This document shows, in pieces, positions 37,434 through 45,791 of a stretch of DNA of 64,000 nt. Made by a program: the position numbers and the translations under genes. Source of the DNA: Thermoplasmatota archaeon (GTDB lineage Archaea > Thermoplasmatota > E2 > JACPAO01 > JAHFTW01). The notes beneath the pieces are model-generated. The model worked only from the letters and a program-made list of their open reading frames with translations, was not told the DNA's origin and made no database searches. Location of the stretch: positions 46,026 to 110,025 of the forward strand of contig JBFIHX010000002.1 of assembly GCA_041601615.1 (NCBI GenBank). Reading direction: 5' to 3'. How positions within the stretch are numbered: the stretch's first letter is position 1; every line of letters begins with the position of its first letter.

Positions 37434-38996
37434 ATGACCGACGACCTTGATCTGTCCCGATTCGAGACCCCCATCATCCTTCGCAAGGCCACCCCTGACG
37501 ATTTCGAGGCCATCATTGCACTCCAACTGCGCTGCTTTCCCGGCATGAAGACTTGGAAAGTCCAACAATTGGAAGCACACCACGCCATGTTCCCAGAAGG
37601 ACAGTTCGTGGTCGAAGTGGAAGGCACCATCGTGGGCAGCGCCAGCAGCCTCGTGGTGGACTTGGACGAACACGGCGAACACCACACCTTCGACGAAGTC
37701 ACCGCCGGCGGCAGCCTAGGCACCCACGACCCCGACGGGCCCGACCTGTACGGCATCGAAGTGATGGTCGACCCCGAATACCGCGGCATGCGCATCGGCC
37801 AGCGGCTCTACGAAGCACGCCAAGAACTCTGCATGCAACTAGACCTGCGCCGCATCGTCATCGCTGGCCGAATGCCCGGCTACGCCAAACACGCCGACAG
37901 CATGACGCCCCGCGAATACGTCCAAGCCGTCATGCGCAACGACCTCTACGACCCCGTCCTCGGATTCCAGGTACGCAACAGCTTCGTCCCCAAGCGCATC
38001 CTCCAAGGCTACCTGCCCAACGACGAAGAAAGCAAGGGATTCGCCGTGCTGATGGAATGGAACAACATCGAACACCGAGCCAACACACGCCGCTTCAAAG
38101 CCGCTCAACCCGTGCGCATCTGCATCATCCAATACAAACTGCGCAAAATCACCTCCTTCGAAGACTTCGCCAGGCAAACCGAATACTTCGTAGACGTGGC
38201 CGCCAACTACCGCAGCGACTTCGCCGTATTCCCCGAACTCCTCACCACCCAGCTACTCTCTTCCATTCAAGAAAAAGCGCCTGCGCGAAGTGTGCGCGAA
38301 TTGACCAAGCACACGGATGAGTACATGCGCCACTTCACCGACCTCGCGGTGCGCTACAACATCAACATCATCGGCGGCAGCCACATCGTCGAGGAAGAAG
38401 GCCGCTTGCACAACGTGGCATTCCTGTTTCGACGCGACGGCACCATCGACCGCCAAGAAAAGGTCCACATCACGCCCAACGAACGACGCTGGTGGGGCAT
38501 CGACGCCGGCAACGAAATCCGCGTCCTGGAAACCGACGTGGGCCCCGTCGCCATCTGCATCTGCTACGACGTGGAATTCCCAGAAATGGCCCGCCTCGCC
38601 GTGGATCGAGGAGCCCGCATCCTGTTCGTACCCTACTGCACAGAAGACCGCCAAGGCCACCTACGAGTGCGCTACTGCGCCCAAGCACGCGCCGTGGAAA
38701 ACCAAGTGTACGTGGTCACCGCCGGCACCGTTGGCAACCTCCCCGACACCCAAAACATGGACATCCAGTACGCCCAATCCGCCATCTTCACGCCCAGCGA
38801 CTTCGCATTCCCTCGCGACGGACTTGCCGCCGAAGCGACCGCCAACGTGGAGACCGTCGTGGTGGGCGACGTGGACCTCGAAGTGCTGCGACGCAACCGG
38901 CGCTCCGGCACCGTGATGCAGCTGCGCGACCGGCGCCACGACCTTTACGGCATCATCGACCACAAAACGCAGGACTCGGCGACGAAAATCTCCTAG
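37434..38996 (+). CDS. Bifunctional GNAT acetyltransferase / carbon-nitrogen hydrolase
   Basis: GNAT motif VDPEYRGMRIGQRLY; nitrilase triad FPEL / QEKVH / ICYDVEFPE; ARAVENQ. Confidence 0.93.
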   Translation: MTDDLDLSRFETPIILRKATPDDFEAIIALQLRCFPGMKTWKVQQLEAHHAMFPEGQFVVEVEGTIVGSASSLVVDLDEHGEHHTFDEVTAGGSLGTHDPDGPDLYGIEVMVDPEYRGMRIGQRLYEARQELCMQLDLRRIVIAGRMPGYAKHADSMTPREYVQAVMRNDLYDPVLGFQVRNSFVPKRILQGYLPNDEESKGFAVLMEWNNIEHRANTRRFKAAQPVRICIIQYKLRKITSFEDFARQTEYFVDVAANYRSDFAVFPELLTTQLLSSIQEKAPARSVRELTKHTDEYMRHFTDLAVRYNINIIGGSHIVEEEGRLHNVAFLFRRDGTIDRQEKVHITPNERRWWGIDAGNEIRVLETDVGPVAICICYDVEFPEMARLAVDRGARILFVPYCTEDRQGHLRVRYCAQARAVENQVYVVTAGTVGNLPDTQNMDIQYAQSAIFTPSDFAFPRDGLAAEATANVETVVVGDVDLEVLRRNRRSGTVMQLRDRRHDLYGIIDHKTQDSATKIS

Positions 38997-39044
38997 GACC
39001 CACCCCACCCGCGTCAAAAGCCCGGCGCCGGGCCCGCTGCTCGT

Positions 39045-39626
39045 TCAGTCGCTCCAGCTACTGCGCATGCGCTCCACCTGCGCCTCCATCTTCATCAACA
39101 AGTCCTGGAGCTTACTGGCCGCCTTCTCTGCCTTCGGCTCCAAATCTTGGTTGCACAGAACATTGACGTAGTTTTGTGCCGCCGCAAGCGTATTGGCGTG
39201 GTCGTGGAACAAGTCCACGATTTCCTTGCGACCAATCGCGGTGGCACGATCCACGGGGCCAGGCGGCGCATCGCCTAGAAACCGCTCCAATACGTCCGCC
39301 AGTTGCTGCTGCGTAAACGGCTTGGGCAGTGAACCCCAAGCGCCGTGCTTGCGCGCCAATTGCTCCAGTTGCGGATTGGCCGAGAAAAACACAAGCGGCA
39401 CGTCGGCGGTGGCCGGATGGGACTTGATGTTGGCAACGAGCCCAGAGAGACTGATGCCGGCCATTTTCAAATCCTGCAAAATGAGGTCCAGTGGCGCCTT
39501 TTCGGCCGCTTCAAACAACAGATCAGGATCCTGCACGGCGATCGGTTCGTGCCCGAGCAGTTCCAATTGCATGACCATGGACTCCAATACGTCGGCGTCG
39601 TCGTCGGCAATGAGAATACGGGCCAT
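39045..39626 (-). CDS. Response-regulator receiver protein with C-terminal His-box/DHp-like hairpin
   Basis: ILIADDD, LILQDLKM (phospho-Asp), FFSA, PKPF; tail LFHDHANTLAAAQNYVNVL. Confidence 0.85.
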   Translation of the reverse strand: MARILIADDDADVLESMVMQLELLGHEPIAVQDPDLLFEAAEKAPLDLILQDLKMAGISLSGLVANIKSHPATADVPLVFFSANPQLEQLARKHGAWGSLPKPFTQQQLADVLERFLGDAPPGPVDRATAIGRKEIVDLFHDHANTLAAAQNYVNVLCNQDLEPKAEKAASKLQDLLMKMEAQVERMRSSWSD

Positions 39627-39916
39627 GGTCCTGCCAAACTTGTCTTGAAGGCTCTTGAACCCATCGGACCACGTTCACGAGCCCCAATCGCCCCATGCCG
39701 CGGGCAAAAACGCGCCCGGAGAAGCAACTTCGACCCAACCTCCAGCATCCGCCGAGCCAACACTGCGGCACAGAATCAACCCATCCTGCAAGCCCCACGC
39801 CCGCCACCCCCAATTCCTGCCAAATCAACCATTTGCTTGCCCGATTTCACCAAATCCATATCTGCTAAAACCTAGGAAGCCACCAAGACGTTCAAGACCC
39901 ATCAAGTCATCCCACC

Positions 39917-40582
39917 ATGATGAGCGAAACGATGGACCGCCGCGTCTTCCTTCGCAATACGGCACTTGTAGCAGGAGGTGCTGCCGTCGGAGGATTCGGT
40001 GTCCTCGCGTTCCAAGCCGCAACCGATGCTGAAACCCCAACCGCGCCGGCACCCATCACGCACCCCGGCACCACCACGCCCGTGCGCATCGCGGACCTCC
40101 AAGGCCCCATGCCCTCCTTGGTCGCTGCTGAATTTGCAGGAAAATCGGCAATCGTGCTCAAAGTACCCCTCGCAACGCTGCGCGCCGCCGCCGACGCCAG
40201 AGGCTACGACACGGGACAGTACGCAGTGCGCCACCCCGATGAGCCCGACGCAGCACTCCTCGTGTATGATGGGCAATGTACGCACCTAGGCTGTATCGTG
40301 GGATGGGACCAACGGCTCGGCGCAAGCCTCGATTTTCCCGACTACGACGAGGACGGCAAAGAGGACGGACGGCTCCTGTGCCCATGCCACCAATCACAAT
40401 TCGACGTGTATGACCTTGCCAACAACCTCCCTGGCATGCCGGCAAAACGACCGCTCGACGTGATTCCCTTCCTCATCATGCCCTCCAAGGACGGCGCATA
40501 CCTCGTGGGCGAGCGCCGCATCCGACAGGACTCGACGCGAGCGGCAGACACGCGGGGCGCGGGGGCGGAGTTCAGTCTCTAG
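39917..40582 (+). CDS. Tat-exported Rieske [2Fe-2S] protein (PetC/QcrA-like)
   Basis: MDRRVFL twin-arginine signal; CTHLGC and CPCHQSQF boxes; RPL. Confidence 0.92.
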   Translation: MMSETMDRRVFLRNTALVAGGAAVGGFGVLAFQAATDAETPTAPAPITHPGTTTPVRIADLQGPMPSLVAAEFAGKSAIVLKVPLATLRAAADARGYDTGQYAVRHPDEPDAALLVYDGQCTHLGCIVGWDQRLGASLDFPDYDEDGKEDGRLLCPCHQSQFDVYDLANNLPGMPAKRPLDVIPFLIMPSKDGAYLVGERRIRQDSTRAADTRGAGAEFSL

Positions 40583-40597
40583 TCCAATCCCCGAACG

Positions 40598-41251
40598 CTA
40601 ACGCCCCGGCACGTTGCCCCAAACAAGCTTGTGCAATTGTACGCCCACATGAACCGGCAGCGCCTCGGTCTCGGCAAGAAGCCACTCCGTAATGTGTCCA
40701 AGCTCTACGCCTCCGACGGGATTGAAGTAGACGGGGCAGGGCGGCAGGCCACGTTCGCGCAGCATCGCAACGGCGTAGTCGTAGTCCGTGCGGTCGGCGA
40801 TGACGAATTTGAGTTGGTCCGAGGCACGCAGCAAGAGCATGTGCTCCGGCTTGTTCTTGGCCGATTCTCCACTGCTTGGGCACTTGACGTCCATGCTGAT
40901 GCACAACCGAGCGCGGGCTTCGGGCGGGTAGGCGTTGGCGCGGCCGAAGTCTAGGTTGCCGGCAGTTTCTACGAGCACTCCGTAACCGTCCGCCAGGAGC
41001 CGGTCCATGAAGTCCCAGGCCTCCTTTTGCAGCAACGGCTCGCCGCCGGTGAAACAGACTTCCTTGGTGGGTTGTGCGCGCACGAACTCGATGACCTCGT
41101 CCAGTTTGCGCTCTTCGCCGCCCGTGAAGGTGTAGGCGGCGTCGCACCAGGAGCAACGCAAGTGGCACCCGGTGGTGCGCACGAACGTCGTCGGGATGCC
41201 GGCGCGGCGGCCCTCGCCTTGGATGCTGTAAAACATCTCAGTGATGCGCAC
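40598..41251 (-). CDS. queE: 7-carboxy-7-deazaguanine synthase (radical SAM)
   Basis: EMFYSIQGEG, TFVRTTGCHLRCSWCD (CxxxCxxC), FTGGEPLLQ, VETAG, VQLHK. Confidence 0.95.
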   Translation of the reverse strand: MRITEMFYSIQGEGRRAGIPTTFVRTTGCHLRCSWCDAAYTFTGGEERKLDEVIEFVRAQPTKEVCFTGGEPLLQKEAWDFMDRLLADGYGVLVETAGNLDFGRANAYPPEARARLCISMDVKCPSSGESAKNKPEHMLLLRASDQLKFVIADRTDYDYAVAMLRERGLPPCPVYFNPVGGVELGHITEWLLAETEALPVHVGVQLHKLVWGNVPGR

Positions 41252-41287
41252 AACCCGTTCGAGCCGGCACCTGATTTCAGGGTTTGC

Positions 41288-42070
41288 CTAGGTTGACTCT
41301 TCCAGCTCTTCCATATCGTCGTGGGCGCCGGGCGTGCTTTTGGGCACGTTGAATGCCAGCTTGATGAGGACCGGAATCAGGAACAGGCCGAGGGTGAAGG
41401 CGATGCTGAACCCGTCGTGGATTTCGTAGCCGTGGCCGTCGTTGAACCGGGACCAGCCGAGGATGAGTTTGATACCCACGAACGAGACCGCGATGTAGGC
41501 CATGTGTTCCAGCAGCGGGAGCCAGTCCATGACGCGCACCACGAAGGAGGCGGCAAAGCGCAGGGCCAGGATGCCGATGACGCTGGCGATGATGATGAGA
41601 TAGAGTCTGTCAGGGTGCGGGTAGTCCTCCACGAAGCCGACGGCCGCCACGACCTGATCGAGCGCAAAGGCGAGGTCCACCAGTTCAATTTGGATGATGG
41701 TGGCAACGAACGCCGGCACGCCTAGCCGCATGAGCCAAGTGGGCGCACTTTCGGGTGCCGCGTGGGCATGCTCCGGTTTGTGCTGGAGCACGTGCATGAG
41801 ATGACGAATTCCCAGATACAACAGGTAGGCGCCACCGATGAGCTTCAGCCATTCGTTTTTGAGCAGGAACGCGGCAAGCAAGATGGCGGTGATGCGCAGG
41901 ACGTAGGCGCCGACGAGACCGTACAGGAGCGCCTTTTTGCGGTCCTTCTTGGGCAACCTGCGAACCAGCGCCGCGAGGATGGCGGCGTTGTCGAACGAGA
42001 GCACGGCCTCCAGGACCAGCAGCGTTCCGACCACGAGTGCGTATTCCCCAAAAACCTCCATGGACACCAT
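41288..42070 (-). CDS. TerC family membrane protein
   Basis: LEAVLSFDNAAILA, IELVDLAFALDQVVAAV, ILALRFAA. Start overlaps the queC stop (TGATG). Confidence 0.92.
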   Translation of the reverse strand: MVSMEVFGEYALVVGTLLVLEAVLSFDNAAILAALVRRLPKKDRKKALLYGLVGAYVLRITAILLAAFLLKNEWLKLIGGAYLLYLGIRHLMHVLQHKPEHAHAAPESAPTWLMRLGVPAFVATIIQIELVDLAFALDQVVAAVGFVEDYPHPDRLYLIIIASVIGILALRFAASFVVRVMDWLPLLEHMAYIAVSFVGIKLILGWSRFNDGHGYEIHDGFSIAFTLGLFLIPVLIKLAFNVPKSTPGAHDDMEELEEST

Positions 42071-42828
42071 CAGCGCACCTCGTACTGAATCGGGTCTACG
42101 GCGCCGGCCTCTTCAAACCCGCGTAGTCGAAGCGTGCAGGATTCGCAGGTGCCGCACGCTCGGTCGCCGCCTCGGTAGCAACTCCAAGTCAAGTGCAACG
42201 GGGCATCGTGTTCGGTGCCGGCGCGAACGATGTCGGCCTTGGTCATTTCCACGAGAGGCGCCAAGAGCCGGGGGCCTGCGCCTTCGATTCCTTGCTTGGT
42301 GGCAAGATCTGCGACATGCTGCATGGCCGCGAGGTATTCGGGCCGGCAGTCGGGGTAGCCACTGTAGTCCATCGCGTTGATGCCAAGGAAAATCGCTTCG
42401 GCTTCGACCACTTCGGCGTAGGCGAGCGCGAAACTCAGAAAGACCGTATTGCGGGCAGGAACGTAGGTGACCGGGATGCTGCCGCCAATCGCTTCTGGGT
42501 CCGTGGGCGCATCGGGCACCGCAAGATCTGCGTCCGTGAGCGCCGACCCGCCAAGCCGTCCCAGCGGCAGGGACAATATTTCGTGGCGCTTGACACCTAG
42601 GGCAGAGGCGACGGCACGAGCGCATTCCAATTCTCGGCGGTGCCGCTGGCCATAGTCAAAGCTGAGGGCATACAACTCGTAGCCTTCGCTCTTGGCGATG
42701 GCCGCACTGGTCGTGCTGTCAAGGCCGCCGGACAGGAGAACGACCGCCTTCTTGGCTGCCACGCGGACGCCGAGTCCGGCGCTCGCCTTAAGGTCGCGGA
42801 ATGGACTACTTGCCCGAACCGTAGCCAA
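42070..42828 (-). CDS. queC: 7-cyano-7-deazaguanine (preQ0) synthase
   Basis: [41 protein letters not shown]...CGTCESC. Start is TTG 42828 or GTG 42762. Confidence 0.97.
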   Translation of the reverse strand: MATVRASSPFRDLKASAGLGVRVAAKKAVVLLSGGLDSTTSAAIAKSEGYELYALSFDYGQRHRRELECARAVASALGVKRHEILSLPLGRLGGSALTDADLAVPDAPTDPEAIGGSIPVTYVPARNTVFLSFALAYAEVVEAEAIFLGINAMDYSGYPDCRPEYLAAMQHVADLATKQGIEGAGPRLLAPLVEMTKADIVRAGTEHDAPLHLTWSCYRGGDRACGTCESCTLRLRGFEEAGAVDPIQYEVR

Positions 42829-45546
42829 TCAGGCTGCGACGGCCTCAGGTTTTGCTACACTTGCGGCAACGGACACCGGCTCTTCAGCGGGAATCAACCG
42901 AGTTGCTCCGATGAGCTGTAGCTCCAAGCGCGGCTCCTGCTTTTCGCGCTCTCGCTCCAAGCGCGCCTTGAACTCGCCGTCCAGTTCCTCCTCGCGGCGG
43001 TTGTTCTTGAACGTCATTTCGTGGAGTTGCTCCTCCAGCTTGCCGTACTGGCCCTCCAACTTGCGTTCGCGCACTCCATCTTCGGTGAAGTACAACCGGC
43101 TGCGAATTTCGCCCATCTTGCGGCGGATCTTCGACTCGTCCAGGCGGATCTCTTCCTTTTGGCGCTCGAAGTAGTCCTCCAGGCGCTTCTCGGTGCGGCG
43201 CAGTTCTTCGGCCGCCTCCTCGCGCTTCTTTTGCAAGACCGGGGCGACGATGGCGCCCACTTCGTAGCGGCCCTTTTCGAGCACAGCTTCGCGTTGCTCC
43301 TTCGTAAGGGGCCGGGGCACACGGACTGCCTCGCCATCGGGCACTTTCCACATGCCTTCCTCCACGAACAGAACCTCGCCATTGTCGTCCGTGACGACGC
43401 TGACAAAGTCCTCCGTTTCGCTGCGAATGGTCTCGATGAAGTAGCGGTAGTAGAGCACCGTGGCGCGTTCGTCCACTTCCGCAGTGCGCACTTGGCCCAC
43501 CGCGCCGTCTTGCTCCAGGACCTCCATGGCACTGTGCACGAACGGAGTTCCAAGGCTCAGCAATTCCACGGCGCCATCTTGGTCGTCAAACACGTCCGGC
43601 TTGGTGGTGTAGTGGTAGTTGCCCCCGACGCGCTTCCAGTACGTCCGTGGCATCTTGATGGTCGTAATTCCGGCAGCCTCTGCCAGCTCTGCGCCCACCA
43701 CGAGGGCAAAGTCGCGCACGAACTGCTCCACGCGGGCCTCCAGGTTCGTGGAGTCCTCGATCGTCACGTCGTCGTCGGCCGTGGACAAGTCAAATTGCTG
43801 GAACACACTGGCGTCGAGTTCCTTGATGACCTCAGCGTCCTTCTTGCTGCGGCGCACCTCGGCCTCGACCTTGGCCATGGCGTCCTTGATGTCCTCATCC
43901 TCCTTGCTCATGAGGATGGCGTCCATGATGCGCTTCTCGATGCCGCCGGTCTCGTTGATGTCCGAGAGAATCAGATCCATTTCACCAATGGCGACCTCGA
44001 ACAAACGAATCTTCTCATACAACACCTGCAAGACGTAGTCTTCAATGGTGTCGGCGACCGCCAGATTCAGAATCACAACGTTGTCGCGCTCTTGGCCAAT
44101 GCGGTGGATACGACCGATGCGCTGCTCGACCCGCATGGGGTTCCACGGCAAGTCGTAGTTGACGAGGATGTTGCAAAATTGCAGGTTCAGACCCTCCGAA
44201 CCACTGTCCGTGCACACCAGCACCCGGCAGCCGTCGCCTCGGAACTCGTTCAGAGCCGCTTGCCTGCGGCCGGCCGTCAATTGACCGTGGTACTTGATGT
44301 TGGAAATGCCCTCTTGTTTGAGGCGGCGCGACAGCAGCTCCTGGGTTTCTCGGAACTGCGTGAAGATGATCATCTTCTCATTCGTGCTCTTGGCCACATC
44401 GATAATGAGATTCGCCTTCGTGTTGCGCTTGACGGAGTCTGCCTTGTGCTGCAGCTCCTCCATGGCCAAAAGGACATCCGGGTCCGTGATCTTCGCCATC
44501 ATGTTGCCAAGCGTCTTGCTAAGCGCAGGGGCAGAACTTGCCACCTCGCGCTCCAAGATCATCAAGGCCAGGTGGCTGTCGAAGTAGCTCTTGTAGTTGC
44601 GAATGAAATCGCTGACCGCCTTGTGCAGTTCGTACTCGCCCTTGCTTGCCTGGAGGCGGTGCGTCTCCACCTTACGCTCCGGGAATTTGAGGCCCGTTTC
44701 GCTTCGCCGGTTTCGAATCATCACTTGCTCAAGCAGACGCTGAAGTCGCTTGGCGTGCAGCAAAACACGGCCCTGCGCGTCGCCCACATACTCCTCCTCG
44801 AAGTTCTGGAGCGTGCCGAGCAAGCCCGGTTTGATGAGATTGATCAGATTGTACAACTCGATCAAGTTGTTTTGAATCGGTGTCGCCGTCAGCATCAGGG
44901 CGTGGCGGGCGCTGATGTCGTCTGCCAGCGCGTACCGCTGCGTCTTCTTGTTCTTGAGGTAGTGTGCCTCATCCACCACCACGAGGTCCCACTCGCGGCC
45001 AATGATGTCGGGGTAATGCGACGCGGACTTTGCCGTGTCAATGCTGGTTACGAGCTTGTCGTGGTGCGAAAAGCCCCGGAACTCCGGCTCGTCGTGCCGA
45101 ATGAACCGTTCTCCGAATTTGTCCCACAGTTCCTGCTGCCACTGCGACGCAAGCGCCGCGGGCGTCAGAATCAGCACCGACTTCGCCTTCCCTCGGCTAA
45201 TCAATTCCTTCATCACGATGCCGGCCTCGATAGTCTTACCGAGACCCACTTCGTCTGCCAAGATCGCTCGGCCCTGCATTTGGTTCAAGACGCGAATTGC
45301 GGCCTTCACCTGGTGGGGCAAAATCTTGATTTTGCGGCGAAGATGACTCAGCGTCGTGATCCCTTCATGCCGCATCGCCTTCAGGCGGTGGGCGTCCAGG
45401 TTCAGCAAATGGATATCCGTCGGGGCATAGTTGCCCTTGATGATTCCATCCGCCACACGCAACGGATCTTCGATTGGATGACCGCGCAATGGGTCTCGGC
45501 GGGCACGTTTGAACAAGGATCCCTTGTTTGCTCCTTTCTCGGACAT
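42829..45546 (-). CDS. SNF2-family helicase with long C-terminal YqhG-like/coiled-coil extension
   Basis: LPHQ, ILADEVGLGKT, VDEAH, LTATPIQN, IIFTQF, GSEGLNLQF, NYDLPWNPMRVEQRIGRIHRIGQ; about 300-aa extra C-terminal region. Confidence 0.93.
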   Translation of the reverse strand: MSEKGANKGSLFKRARRDPLRGHPIEDPLRVADGIIKGNYAPTDIHLLNLDAHRLKAMRHEGITTLSHLRRKIKILPHQVKAAIRVLNQMQGRAILADEVGLGKTIEAGIVMKELISRGKAKSVLILTPAALASQWQQELWDKFGERFIRHDEPEFRGFSHHDKLVTSIDTAKSASHYPDIIGREWDLVVVDEAHYLKNKKTQRYALADDISARHALMLTATPIQNNLIELYNLINLIKPGLLGTLQNFEEEYVGDAQGRVLLHAKRLQRLLEQVMIRNRRSETGLKFPERKVETHRLQASKGEYELHKAVSDFIRNYKSYFDSHLALMILEREVASSAPALSKTLGNMMAKITDPDVLLAMEELQHKADSVKRNTKANLIIDVAKSTNEKMIIFTQFRETQELLSRRLKQEGISNIKYHGQLTAGRRQAALNEFRGDGCRVLVCTDSGSEGLNLQFCNILVNYDLPWNPMRVEQRIGRIHRIGQERDNVVILNLAVADTIEDYVLQVLYEKIRLFEVAIGEMDLILSDINETGGIEKRIMDAILMSKEDEDIKDAMAKVEAEVRRSKKDAEVIKELDASVFQQFDLSTADDDVTIEDSTNLEARVEQFVRDFALVVGAELAEAAGITTIKMPRTYWKRVGGNYHYTTKPDVFDDQDGAVELLSLGTPFVHSAMEVLEQDGAVGQVRTAEVDERATVLYYRYFIETIRSETEDFVSVVTDDNGEVLFVEEGMWKVPDGEAVRVPRPLTKEQREAVLEKGRYEVGAIVAPVLQKKREEAAEELRRTEKRLEDYFERQKEEIRLDESKIRRKMGEIRSRLYFTEDGVRERKLEGQYGKLEEQLHEMTFKNNRREEELDGEFKARLEREREKQEPRLELQLIGATRLIPAEEPVSVAASVAKPEAVAA

Positions 45547-45791
45547 GGGAAGGGGGGACGGTATTGCGGACAGGTATGTCATGAAAAGGGTGGCGGTGGA
45601 GGACGACGGGACAAGCGCCCCTTCGCACGGAAAAAAGCGCCCGGCTCCGCACCACTACGATTCTGGCATCATGCTGTTTTTCTCCTGAATTCGAGGCGTA
45701 ATCACAAGTCGTTTGCAGCCAAGCAACACCACCGACGAAGGGCAACCTACCCTAGGGCAAACGTCAAAGAATCCACGGTTTTTCCATTTCT

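Noticed and set aside
37019-38996. Cys-rich peptide plus GNAT-nitrilase as a RiPP biosynthetic cluster
   Set aside because: The peptide has a Sec signal rather than a leader/core layout, the genes are 172 nt apart, and no RRE, protease or transporter is nearby.
40598-42828. Calling queC/queE a Dpd, QatABCD or type IV CBASS defence system outright
   Set aside because: No DpdA/TGT, TatD, P-loop QatA or CD-NTase in the window, and QueC looks canonical. Kept only as a hypothesis in the findings.
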